DNA from: Candidatus Magasanikiibacteriota bacterium
GTDB taxonomy: Bacteria; Patescibacteriota; Patescibacteriia; Magasanikbacterales; UBA922
DNA length: 64,000 bases
Direction of reading: 5' to 3'
Assembly: GCA_016193335.1 (NCBI GenBank)
Contig: JACPSK010000005.1
Coordinates: 13,308 to 77,307 of the forward strand
Of this stretch, positions 1-8,525 are shown piece after piece. Within the stretch, counting starts at the first letter, position 1, and each line of letters opens with the position of its first letter. Under the pieces are notes generated by a model. It was not told where the DNA came from, searched no databases, and saw nothing but the letters and a program-made list of their open reading frames with translations. A program made the position numbers and the translations under genes.

Positions 1-335
1 CTCGGAAATGGAAAAACGATCGTTTTTCCATTTCACTCGCCTACGTCGATAATAAATCAAAAACCCAAGCAAACTCGAATTGCTTGGGTATGTATTATTA
101 CATGGTAAGTTGAAGAGGGAGAGGATCCTCTCCCAAAGACCTTGGAGGGTCTGTATACGCCATACGGACAGAATGGAACGATTGTTCTATTTCTAGCTTT
201 TTTACCTCACCAAATAAAATAAGGCCATTAGCATTCTACCACGGTCACCCCACACGTCAATATGTTGACAAAGGCAATAAAAGATGTTATAGTTGTTTGT
301 TATTCGTTGATCTGTAGAACAGTAGCATCCGCGCT

Positions 336-953
336 CTAGAAGTACCCCACCCCTCCGGTAAACAACTTATACAAAAAGATGATAATCGGGCTGATAAGCT
401 GAAAGAAAAAGAAAATAAAAACCAACAATACAACAAAACCGTAACGTTCGAGAGATTCTTTTACATGCGAGAGAGAATCGGGCAATAAAGCATACAAAAG
501 TTTAGAGCCATCAAGAGGAGGAATCGGCACTAAATTGAAAACTCCCAAAAGCACGTTCGCGTACACAATAATAGATAGGAAAGAAGTAAGATTTGAAACA
601 GGCAAAAAACGAACCATGAGCCCAAATACTAATGCGAGCAAAAAATTTGACATGGGCCCTGCCAAAGCCACCCATACCGGCCCCCAACGCTGATCCCGCA
701 AATTGTAGGGATTAAAGGGCACCGGCTTGGCGTAAGCAAACAAAAAATTTCCCTGAGTAATAAGAAAGAGAATCAAGGGCATAAGCAAAGTCCCCCATTT
801 GTCTATATGAGCTCTCGGGTCAAGCGTGAGCCGCCCGGCATAGCGAGCAGTAGGGTCTCCCAAACGGTCTGCCATCCAGCCATGGCCGTATTCGTGCAAA
901 ATGGCCGAGGGTATTATAATCAAGAAAAAAAATAATAAAGGCAAAAATTCCAT
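336..953 (-). CDS. site-2 protease family (M50) membrane metalloprotease
   Basis: HEYGH zinc motif, NLVPIPPLDG motif, several hydrophobic helices. Confidence 0.9.
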   Translation of the reverse strand: MEFLPLLFFFLIIIPSAILHEYGHGWMADRLGDPTARYAGRLTLDPRAHIDKWGTLLMPLILFLITQGNFLFAYAKPVPFNPYNLRDQRWGPVWVALAGPMSNFLLALVFGLMVRFLPVSNLTSFLSIIVYANVLLGVFNLVPIPPLDGSKLLYALLPDSLSHVKESLERYGFVVLLVFIFFFFQLISPIIIFLYKLFTGGVGYF

Positions 954-979
954 ATAGAATCTCTTAAAAAAATAAGGCT

Positions 980-1008
980 TGACATCTCCTTTTATATAGT
1001 ATAGACTA
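980..1008 (+). promoter_or_regulatory. sigma70-type promoter for rpmB
   Basis: TTGACA-17 nt-TAGACT upstream of the L28 ORF. Confidence 0.55.
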
Positions 1009-1123
1009 ATTGCACTATTATACGTTTTTAGGCTGAAAAGGTCAAAAGAGATATTCGAGAATAGAAGACTGATTCAGTCCAAAACCAAAATTATATAGTA
1101 CTCATAAGTTCTAAGCTTCACCT

Positions 1124-1288
1124 ATGTCAAAAGTCTGCGAACACTGCGGTAAAGGCTCACAAAAGTCTGCGACGAGAAGCCATTCCAAAATTAAAACACT
1201 GCGACGCCAATACGCCAATCTTCAAAAATTTGAAGGCAAAAAATATTGCACTCGCTGTATCAGAACCGCTTCAAAGCAAACCGCGTAA
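1124..1288 (+). CDS. rpmB: 50S ribosomal protein L28 (54 aa, not in ORF track)
   Basis: Hand translation MSKVCEHCGKGSQKSATRSHSKIKTLRRQYANLQKFEGKKYCTRCIRTASKQTA: CxxC...SHS...R...NLQ...CxxC pattern of zinc-type L28. Confidence 0.9.
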   Translation: MSKVCEHCGKGSQKSATRSHSKIKTLRRQYANLQKFEGKKYCTRCIRTASKQTA

Positions 1289-1313
1289 AAAACTCCCCTA
1301 AAGGGGAGTTTTT
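1288..1313 (+). terminator. intrinsic, bidirectional-looking terminator
   Basis: AAAAACTCCCC-TAAA-GGGGAGTTTTT directly after the rpmB stop. Confidence 0.8.
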
Positions 1314-1337
1314 ATGTAAGAAAAAATGTTTATCCTA

Positions 1338-1444
1338 GCCTATACCTTTAGAACATATTCATTTTGAAGCTTCCGGAAGTCATCCCGCTCCGCTCTCGCA
1401 CTCGTCCTCCAGCTTCAAAATGAATATGTTCTAAAGGTATAGGC
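1338..1444. repeat. long palindromic intergenic element (34 bp perfect arms)
   Basis: GCCTATACCTTTAGAACATATTCATTTTGAAGCT and its reverse complement enclose a GC-rich loop that recurs at ~20720. Confidence 0.85.
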
Positions 1445-1461
1445 GTACGTTTATCCACATT

Positions 1462-2010
1462 CTATTTTTGGGATGTTTCCTGCCCCTCTCTGCCGTATAA
1501 ACCCAACAATTCTGCTCTTGCCAAAATCTGGCCCTGCATGGCTGCTTCTATGTCCTCTGCGCGGGCTTCGGCAGGGAGGTTCAGCTGTACATTGAGCGCG
1601 TATAATTTGAAAAAATAATGATGAACTCCTGAAGGAGGGCAGGGACCGCCATAACCGGGTTTGCCAAAACTGGTGATTCCTTCTCTCGCGTCTCCACTCG
1701 GGTTAAAAGATTCAGGGAACTCTGTAAGAGAAGGATCAATATCCCACATGGTCCAGTGCACCCAGGTCCTGCCCGGAGCGTCCGGATCATCCACAATCAA
1801 GACAAGCGATTTCGCGTCTTTCGGAACCTCGGAAATCTGCAAAGGCGGATTCAGATCCTCACCGTCACAAGTATATTTAGACGGGATCCTGTCTTCATTG
1901 GCAAAAGCAACGCTGGTGAGTTTCATAGGTTTTTCTTTTGATAAAATAAAACCGATATACCCAAAGATAAGCACAAAAAAAACTCCGACGAACACAAAAT
2001 TCTTTTTCAT
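1462..2010 (-). CDS. YbhB/YbcL family (PEBP/Raf kinase inhibitor-like) protein with N-terminal membrane anchor
   Basis: DDPDAP..WVHW, GYGGPCPPSG.HHY.FKLYAL motifs. Confidence 0.9.
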   Translation of the reverse strand: MKKNFVFVGVFFVLIFGYIGFILSKEKPMKLTSVAFANEDRIPSKYTCDGEDLNPPLQISEVPKDAKSLVLIVDDPDAPGRTWVHWTMWDIDPSLTEFPESFNPSGDAREGITSFGKPGYGGPCPPSGVHHYFFKLYALNVQLNLPAEARAEDIEAAMQGQILARAELLGLYGREGQETSQK

Positions 2011-2016
2011 AGTCTT

Positions 2017-2949
2017 TTATTTATTTCTATGCAAGGCCCGTATATCGTGGGCATGCGGCGGCCTCATATATTCTCTATTTTCTATCATGGTCTTACAATC
2101 CTTGGAACAGGTATTTTCATATACAGTATTACACGGATCGCAGGAAATAAACAAGCGATTGCAAAATTTATTGGCGCAATTTCTGTATATGTCATTTGAA
2201 ACCTCGCAATGCAGGCAACGCCCGATAATCCGGGCGTCGGGAGACTTGTTTACCGGTATCATCATCCTTTCATCAAAGACAAAACATTTACCCTCGTAAA
2301 AACCCTCATCGCCGTATTTTTCCGCGTATTTCACAATCCCCCCTTCGAGCTGATACAGATTCTTGGGGTCAAAGCCCTGCGCGATAAAAAAAGCCGAAGC
2401 CGGCTCACAGCGTATGCCGCCGGTACAAAACATAACTATTTTTTTATCTTTGAAAAATTTATAAAATTCTATATGATCTTTGAGATCTCTAAAATATTTC
2501 ATGGGCGGACGAATGGAATTCACAAATCTCCCGATCTCCCATTCATAATCATTGCGCATATCCAAAAGAACCATGTCCTCGCCATTCTTCAGCCATTCGT
2601 GAAAGATATCTCTGTCTATATGTTTCCCTCTGCGATTCAGATCAAAAGATTCTCTTGTTTCTGTGGTGATGATTTCTTCTCTGACTTTTATTTTTAATTT
2701 GGGAAAAGGATGTATCTCCGAAAGGCTTTGCTTAAAATCCGTGTTCTTAAACAAACGATGTTGATTCATGTATTCTCTGTACAAACGAAGGCTTTCTTCA
2801 GAGCCGCTCAGAGTGGCGTTGATCCCATCATGCCCGAGGAGGATACGGCCAAGCAACTGCAATGCCTTGCAGACTTCTCTGTGCCGCTTAAGCTCTGATT
2901 TCGGATCTTGAATAAAGACTAATTTATAAAATAATAATACAGAATGCAT
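2017..2949 (-). CDS. trhO: rhodanese-domain tRNA U34 hydroxylase (UPF0176/YceA family)
   Basis: GRILL..DGINATLSG, DMRNDYE..IG.F, FCTGGIRCE, GKCFVFDER, C-terminal Cys cluster. Confidence 0.88.
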   Translation of the reverse strand: MHSVLLFYKLVFIQDPKSELKRHREVCKALQLLGRILLGHDGINATLSGSEESLRLYREYMNQHRLFKNTDFKQSLSEIHPFPKLKIKVREEIITTETRESFDLNRRGKHIDRDIFHEWLKNGEDMVLLDMRNDYEWEIGRFVNSIRPPMKYFRDLKDHIEFYKFFKDKKIVMFCTGGIRCEPASAFFIAQGFDPKNLYQLEGGIVKYAEKYGDEGFYEGKCFVFDERMMIPVNKSPDARIIGRCLHCEVSNDIYRNCANKFCNRLFISCDPCNTVYENTCSKDCKTMIENREYMRPPHAHDIRALHRNK

Positions 2950-3018
2950 AAGGGAAGAAATATACTTAAAATGCTAGACTCTGGAAAATACTAGAATCTA
3001 GTCCCGCCTTTGGCGGGC

Positions 3019-3095
3019 TGGTCGGGCTAGGCAGACTCGAACTGCCGACCTCATGCACCCCATGCATGCGCGCTAGCCAACTGCGCTATAGCCCG
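3019..3095 (-). tRNA. tRNA-Pro(GGG)
   Basis: Cloverleaf CGGGCTATAGCGCAG...CATGC-ATGGGGT-GCATG...GTTCGAGT...CCCGACCA. Confidence 0.93.
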
Positions 3096-3108
3096 AAACT
3101 AATAAATT

Positions 3109-3182
3109 TGGTGGACTCACCGGGAGTCGAACCCGGGACTCGGCAATGCGAATGCCGCGTAATACCACTTTACTATGAGCCC
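3109..3182 (-). tRNA. tRNA-Ala(CGC)
   Basis: GGGCTCA/TGAGTCC acceptor stem with G3:U70, anticodon loop TTCGCAT, TTCGA loop, encoded CCA. Confidence 0.9.
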
Positions 3183-3189
3183 CTGAGAG

Positions 3190-3502
3190 TGGTGTGTCTT
3201 TACAGTTTGGCTAGAACCCATTTTATCCGAAACTCCTGAACGAAACCAGACCAAGGAAGCCAGCCCGCCGCCGCTCGCTACCACTCGCCACCCAGCAAAA
3301 AAGTTTTCTTCGCATTTCTGATTTTGCGCGCGCCGGATTTTTTCTTCTAAAAGGAAAAGAAAACTTTTTTGCTGGATTCTGCTCTCAACGAGCAGGGCGG
3401 CGGGCTTGGCCTCTATTTTTTGCAAGAACACGGCGGAATTCCCCCCACACCCCCCTTCCGCCGTGTTCTTGCGGGGACGGACGGAATTTTTGGCGGCGGC
3501 TA
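3190..3502. repeat. island arm A copy 1 (attR-like end), inverted relative to 8024-8336
   Basis: ~310 bp, highly similar but not identical to the reverse complement of 8024-8336; nested hairpins. Confidence 0.9.
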
Positions 3503-4453
3503 TTTTTCTAAATCTACCTCTTTGTCTCCAACTTTCAAATTTTTCTTTGCGATCCACACAAAACCCTTTTCCGGCGTAATGACGGCAACATCAATTGAAC
3601 CACCCACGCCGGGCATATCGCCTGGGTCGCCTGCGATACCATCAGAAAATCTTTGAATGGCCGTAGTTGTTCCAATTGCCAAGGTGCTAAAATCAATGCC
3701 GTCCTGCAAAGTCATGGTACCCCATTGGATGACGTATTCTAAACTCCTCAATTGTTTCTGAACTTCTTGCGCACCCATATCTGAAGCCATTTTTTGCATG
3801 GCCGGCAAATTGCCAATACGTCCATCAAAACCAAGAACGATTCTTGATACTACATCAATCTGACCTATCCAACTGGCACCATATTCTTGCCCTCGCTTTG
3901 CGCTATCTCTCTTGAGCTCAACATCGCCGGGAACATAAACCATCGCAACTTGATGCGATTCATCCTGATTGTAACCAGCAACAATGAACTGCAACTGTTC
4001 TACACCAGCGACGCCTTCTTTTTGGATTCCTTTCGGGTCTTTGAATTTGAACTTAATATGGCCCTTTTCTTCCTTGATCTCAATAATTTGACAGCCCTGT
4101 CGCTCCAAATCAGCTTTTATTTGATTAGGAAGAATTTTTAACTGCTCTTTATATTGATATTTTGTTTCAAAAAATTCTTGTAGCTTTTGAGCGGTTTCAA
4201 GCATTGTTAATTTTTCGGCTTCGATACTTTTCTTAAATTCTTCGATAAACCTGCTTATGTTTTTCAAGACGCCGTTTTCCGGCAAAAATGCCAGCCCCGC
4301 AACTATTAAACCCGCCCGATCATTTATCTTAAAAACCTTTGACGCAGAATCGGAGCCGATTCTGCTCATCCCTTTTTGATTTCGGTAGGACTGCCGACTA
4401 TCTGCGGCTAAAACGATTCCTTCCGGTGTAGTTGTGTTAATTCCAAGACTCAT
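3500..4453 (-). CDS. proteasome beta-subunit-like Ntn-hydrolase
   Basis: N-terminal MSLG...EGIVLAADSR, KVFKIN, C-terminal VGGSIDVAVIT typical of proteasome-type folds. Confidence 0.65.
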   Translation of the reverse strand: MSLGINTTTPEGIVLAADSRQSYRNQKGMSRIGSDSASKVFKINDRAGLIVAGLAFLPENGVLKNISRFIEEFKKSIEAEKLTMLETAQKLQEFFETKYQYKEQLKILPNQIKADLERQGCQIIEIKEEKGHIKFKFKDPKGIQKEGVAGVEQLQFIVAGYNQDESHQVAMVYVPGDVELKRDSAKRGQEYGASWIGQIDVVSRIVLGFDGRIGNLPAMQKMASDMGAQEVQKQLRSLEYVIQWGTMTLQDGIDFSTLAIGTTTAIQRFSDGIAGDPGDMPGVGGSIDVAVITPEKGFVWIAKKNLKVGDKEVDLEK

Positions 4454-5037
4454 AGTGTTATTTTTTTATTCAAAAATTTAATTATTACGGCTTCGACTGC
4501 CGTCCAGATAAGTGCGTTTGTTCCGTTTCCGATTATGCCGATGTTTGCCCAAGTTAGTCCGCCCAAGAGCAATGCCCAGCTAAAAATTGCTCCCGTTTCT
4601 TCATTCGCATATATTTTGGTTGCAATACTGGCTACGGTATTTCCTACGACGGTTCGTAAATCATTGGTTAAGTTTGTCCCGTCAGTTTTTATAGATTGTT
4701 CTCCGTGTCCCACATAATCCGGAGCGGGAGAGGTAACCACGCCACTGCTGGCGGGCGACATTCGTCGGTAGGAGTAATTAAACTCTTCCAGCTGTTGACG
4801 GCGGAAAAGCGGAATCCCAAGCAACTCAAATGCCTTATCAGTCAAGAGGATTGATCTGGTTTTTTGTCTCCCTTTCTCTAAAAATCCTTGTTTTGTAAGG
4901 GCGGAAATAATACCGCTTACAGATTTATGGTCAGAAACGTGAATGCCCACGACCATTTCCTGAAGCGTGGGTGAGGCACCGTACTTAACCCTGTAATCGG
5001 CTATAAACCGTATAAGATTTTCCTGATTCCTAGTCAT
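4450..5037 (-). CDS. LexA-like winged-helix DNA-binding domain fused to C-terminal hydrophobic helices
   Basis: MTRNQENLIRFIADY...G.SPTLQEM...SV...L.KQGFL...RSI matches the LexA N-terminal domain; no peptidase domain, two predicted TM segments. Confidence 0.7.
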   Translation of the reverse strand: MTRNQENLIRFIADYRVKYGASPTLQEMVVGIHVSDHKSVSGIISALTKQGFLEKGRQKTRSILLTDKAFELLGIPLFRRQQLEEFNYSYRRMSPASSGVVTSPAPDYVGHGEQSIKTDGTNLTNDLRTVVGNTVASIATKIYANEETGAIFSWALLLGGLTWANIGIIGNGTNALIWTAVEAVIIKFLNKKITL

Positions 5038-5043
5038 ATTTCA

Positions 5044-5072
5044 ATACTACTCCACAACCTTTGTGGAGTCAA
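5044..5072 (-). promoter_or_regulatory. promoter with embedded palindromic operator
   Basis: TTGACT-17 nt-TAGTAT 6 nt before the ATG; palindrome ACTCCACA-N5-TGTGGAGT (5049-5069) fills the spacer. Confidence 0.65.
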
Positions 5073-5093
5073 GGCCTTTTCGTTGGGGATAAG

Positions 5094-5495
5094 TTATTTG
5101 AGCTCGGACTGAATAACTTTTAGTGCTTTGGTCATTCCTATTGTTAGTTCGTGCTCCCAAATTCTAAAAATTTTCCACCCCTGTTTCTTGTAGTGTCTAG
5201 TAACCTCATTATCCCTTTTCGCATTTCGCGCAATCTTCTGTGTCCAGTAGCTTTTGCGGACAGTCGGAATACGACAGTGCTTTTTACAGCCATGCCAAAA
5301 GCAAGAGTCAATAAAAATAACTGCTTCGTGCCCCTTCAAAACAATATCCGGCTTCCCAAAGTATTTGCCGGAATTTTTGCGATAGCGAAAACCGAGTTTC
5401 CAAAGTTCTTTACGAAATAATGTCTCAATCTTGCTGTCTTGGCTTTTTATCCGAGACATTATTTCGCTTCGCTTTTGTTTTGAAACAGTGTCCAT
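5094..5495 (-). CDS. vsr: very short patch repair endonuclease
   Basis: MDTVS...RSEIMSRIKS.D, GKPDIV, FIDSCFWHGC, RIWEHE; start reassigned to the MDT Met. Confidence 0.92.
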   Translation of the reverse strand: MDTVSKQKRSEIMSRIKSQDSKIETLFRKELWKLGFRYRKNSGKYFGKPDIVLKGHEAVIFIDSCFWHGCKKHCRIPTVRKSYWTQKIARNAKRDNEVTRHYKKQGWKIFRIWEHELTIGMTKALKVIQSELK

Positions 5496-5502
5496 ACATG
5501 CG

Positions 5503-6570
5503 CTAGATTTGAATTTGCCAATCAGAAGGCATAACGATTTTGTCGTATTCACGCTTTGCCATAAATGGCGCGATTTCTTTGCTTGACGGAAATTCTGCGG
5601 CAAATTCTCGCCCAACATCTTGCAGTAACTTTGCGCCGAGATTAGCTCTATATTTTTTACTCAAACAAAGTTTGTACCAATCATCCAGATCGTTAACGGT
5701 AATGACGCCCTGTATTCGCTCGCTCCACCCGACTTGTTTGAGCAATGCCTCAATCGTTTCTCGCTCGGTATCAATGCAAACAATCACAATCCTGTCGGAA
5801 GTTATGTCGTCCGCGATGTCCTCCATAAGTTCCGGGGTAAGCGTAAGGTGTTTAACTTGAATTGCCGGGCCAAAGTTAGCCCAGATGTCCAAACCTCTGT
5901 CCGAGGCATTTGTTACGCCAACGCGATACAGCGCGGCAGGCGAAACAAGTCGGGTTTGTTTCGCGTCAATGCCGAGAACCATTTTTATAAATCGCTCAAA
6001 ATCCTTCAAAATTTCCTTATCTTTATTTCCAATCTCCAAAGTTACTTGCGCTTTCAACGCGCGGACGATTGTTGTAAAAAGGGCGTAAACCAAAATTTCA
6101 TACATTTTGTCCACGCTTCTGCGAAGTCCGGGCGTTGTTTGAAAAATAGCGACCAATTTTTTGAGATCAAAAGTGTCCGGCGTTGATTTTCTGATATAGT
6201 CCTCAACTTCTCGAACGGATGAGAGGCGCGCTTCCAACGCTTTGTAAATGTATGCCTCAACAACGCCCTTGCTTTTCTTGTTTATCTCGCCAAGTTTTGC
6301 AAGCAGTTCGGGCGGCATGGCGTTGGCTTCAAAAAGATGCCGCGTATTTATTTGCTTGTCGGTCGGGAAATAGCCAAAAAACTTTCTTGAAATCTCGTCG
6401 CTCCATTCTTTTGATTCTGACTCAAAATCATCGCGCTTGGATAAATCAAAATCACCGCCAGTTCTGTGATGATGTAAAGTTTCGGCTATTCGGATGAGTC
6501 GAAAAGAATAAACGCTTGATCTTTCGAACAAGTCACCAATTCTATTTTTTACTTCGAGTGCAGTTGTCAT
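5503..6570 (-). CDS. HaeII-family type II restriction endonuclease (N-terminus appears diverged)
   Basis: GVVEAYIY, PGLRRSVDK.YEI.VYALF, RVGVTNASDRGLD.WANFGPAIQVKH recalled as HaeII-family motifs; context beside C5-MTase and vsr. Confidence 0.75.
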   Translation of the reverse strand: MTTALEVKNRIGDLFERSSVYSFRLIRIAETLHHHRTGGDFDLSKRDDFESESKEWSDEISRKFFGYFPTDKQINTRHLFEANAMPPELLAKLGEINKKSKGVVEAYIYKALEARLSSVREVEDYIRKSTPDTFDLKKLVAIFQTTPGLRRSVDKMYEILVYALFTTIVRALKAQVTLEIGNKDKEILKDFERFIKMVLGIDAKQTRLVSPAALYRVGVTNASDRGLDIWANFGPAIQVKHLTLTPELMEDIADDITSDRIVIVCIDTERETIEALLKQVGWSERIQGVITVNDLDDWYKLCLSKKYRANLGAKLLQDVGREFAAEFPSSKEIAPFMAKREYDKIVMPSDWQIQI

Positions 6571-7316
6571 ACTTTTGTTGTCCAGTTTATTTGAACTGTC
6601 CTTTGCTCCACGCGATTAAAAATAAGTTTTCCGCCGAGAGGGTCTTGAAAAAATTCATGGAATGGATTTTCTCTAAAATTCTTAACGACGAACAAAAAAT
6701 ATCGGTTCTTCAACAACGAAGCGACAGAGTGCTCTTTGTTTGTCATCGCAATATTTCCGCTCGGTTCGTTCATTCCTTTTACTTCCACACCATAAAAAAT
6801 ACTTGGTGAAATAAGCCGAAAGTCAAAACCGCAACCGAGCTTGGTGGTGTCCTCAATTTCAAATCCTGCGAATAGATCAATTTCTTTGTATTTTGTTTTG
6901 AAATATTGCTCCGCCGCTTGTCCAGTTATGAGCCGTTTTGCAAAAGTTTGTTCCCCGACCCCTTCCTTTCTGGCAACCTCTTCCATCAAAACGTCAATAT
7001 CGTGTTCCTTGTAAACAATCTGCTTTAATAGTTTTGCAAACTCATCAAGCCGCAAACCATTGAACGTGTCGTAAATTGCTTTGCAATAATCGCGTATCGG
7101 GCGTTTGTGCCAACCCTTCCTGTTGTTTGGAAAAAGCGGATCAAATTCATCGCGATAATTTTTTACAGAAGCTGGCTGAACCCCTAATGCAAGCCCGATA
7201 ACATTAAACGCTTCCGCAAAATTATCGAAGTCAAGGTAACGCAAACCTTCTGTGTCAAACTTGGAAAGATACAACCCCGCGAGTATTGATTTTTCGCGCA
7301 AAGATAGTTTTTTCAT
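6567..7316 (-). CDS. DUF3883-type PD-(D/E)XK nuclease domain protein
   Basis: TG..AEQYF...GCGFDF...VEVKG...MT.KE pattern. Confidence 0.7.
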   Translation of the reverse strand: MKKLSLREKSILAGLYLSKFDTEGLRYLDFDNFAEAFNVIGLALGVQPASVKNYRDEFDPLFPNNRKGWHKRPIRDYCKAIYDTFNGLRLDEFAKLLKQIVYKEHDIDVLMEEVARKEGVGEQTFAKRLITGQAAEQYFKTKYKEIDLFAGFEIEDTTKLGCGFDFRLISPSIFYGVEVKGMNEPSGNIAMTNKEHSVASLLKNRYFLFVVKNFRENPFHEFFQDPLGGKLIFNRVEQRTVQINWTTKV

Positions 7317-7675
7317 ACATTCTCCAACAAAAACGCTTTTGGCTGTTTCGCTCTCAAAATTCGTTCAACATCAAAAAATAAAGTTCCTCGCGTATCTGCA
7401 AAACCACGCCCGTTGCCGATAATACTAAACGCTTGGCACGGAAATCCTCCCGTCAAAATTTCGTGATCTGGCACTTCATCTGCAACGAGTTTTGTAATAT
7501 CGCCAAAAGGTTTTTCGCCAAAATTTGCTTCATACATGACTTGGCATGGCTCGTCCCATTCAGAAGTAAAAACGCATTCTCCTCCGGCGCGCTCAAAAGC
7601 TATGCGGATGCCGCCAATGCCCGCAAATAGGTCTATGAATTTGAATTTTTTACCATTTCCGTTTGCCATAGTCAT
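7313..7675 (-). pseudogene. truncated DNA (cytosine-5)-methyltransferase
   Basis: Motif I FIDLFAGIGG, motif IV GFPCQAFS, motif VI ENV, then an immediate stop. Motifs VIII-X and the target recognition domain were not found nearby. Confidence 0.85.
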
Positions 7676-7884
7676 TTGATTAAATCATCAACCCTGACTT
7701 GCAGGGCATTGGCGACCTTCTTTAAAGTTTCGATTGTCGGATTATCTTGTTTGCCCGCCTCAATATTAACAACTGTGTTGTTTGAAACATCTGCAAGGCG
7801 CGCAAGTTTTTCCTGCGATATGCCCAGTTTTTCTCTCAGTTTCTTTACTGTTTTGCCTATATTGGTTTTACTTGACTCTGCCAT
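7672..7884 (-). CDS. XRE-family HTH regulator (controller-like protein of the R-M operon)
   Basis: LREKLGISQEKLARLADVS.NTV.NIEAG...NPTIETL; ATGA overlap with the MTase. Confidence 0.85.
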   Translation of the reverse strand: MAESSKTNIGKTVKKLREKLGISQEKLARLADVSNNTVVNIEAGKQDNPTIETLKKVANALQVRVDDLIK

Positions 7885-8023
7885 AATAGATTAGTAACAT
7901 TAAATTGTAGTATACTTATTGAAAGCCCTAAACACAATATAATGTTACCAAAATATTTTGATTTAATCAAAGGGAGTTCCTTAACCTTTTCCGCGCACGG
8001 GTGGTGGGGCAAGGAAAAGTATT

Positions 8024-8468
8024 TAGTCGTCGCCAAAAATCCCGTCCGTCCCCGCAAGAACACGGCGGAAGGGGGGTGTGGGGGGAATTCCGCCGTGTTC
8101 TTGCAAAAAATAGAGGCCAAGCCCGCCGCCTGCTATGTCGGGAGCAAAACCCAGCAAAAAAGTTTTCTTTTCCTTTTAGAAGAAAAAATTCGGCGCGCGC
8201 AAATCAGGAAAAGCGAAGAAAACTTTTTTGCTGGGTGGCGAGTGCCAGCGAGCGGCGGCGGGCTGGCTTCCTTGGTCTGGTTTCGGTCAAGAATTTCGGA
8301 TAAAATGAGTTCGAGCCAAACTGTAAAGACACACCAAAATCTGACTTTCGGAAAATTGACCGACTTTTTCGTTGGCGGCGCACAGCGCCGCCCATGCGTT
8401 TTGCCCCGACAAATCCTTCCCGCTCGGCGCGCGCAGGCGCGCCTCGCGGTTGGCCAAGACGAGGTTCG
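8024..8468. repeat. internal inverted attP-like junction (arm A + CACCA + arm B)
   Basis: 8024-8336 is an inverted copy of 3190-3502 and 8332-8468 is an inverted copy of 9922-10058; they join at CACCA 8332-8336. Confidence 0.88.
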
Positions 8469-8525
8469 CCTCCCGTGCGATTTAGAAATTCTGTCTCGGA
8501 TTTGCTTTGCCCAATTAAAAAATAT

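Noticed and set aside
3117-3557. 146 aa ORF and its look-alike at 7942-8529 as paralogous proteins
   Set aside because: They are translations of the GC-rich palindromic repeat arm and overlap a tRNA; the similarity comes from the DNA repeat
7313-7316. TGA read-through (code 25) rescuing the methylase
   Set aside because: TGA ends ordinary genes here (ndk, tgt, msrB-region genes), and the downstream frame shows no MTase motifs
8394-8525. N-terminal extension of the recombinase in the ORF track
   Set aside because: It lies within the inverted repeat. The catalytic YARKS motif normally sits a few residues from the start, favouring 8526 or 8532.
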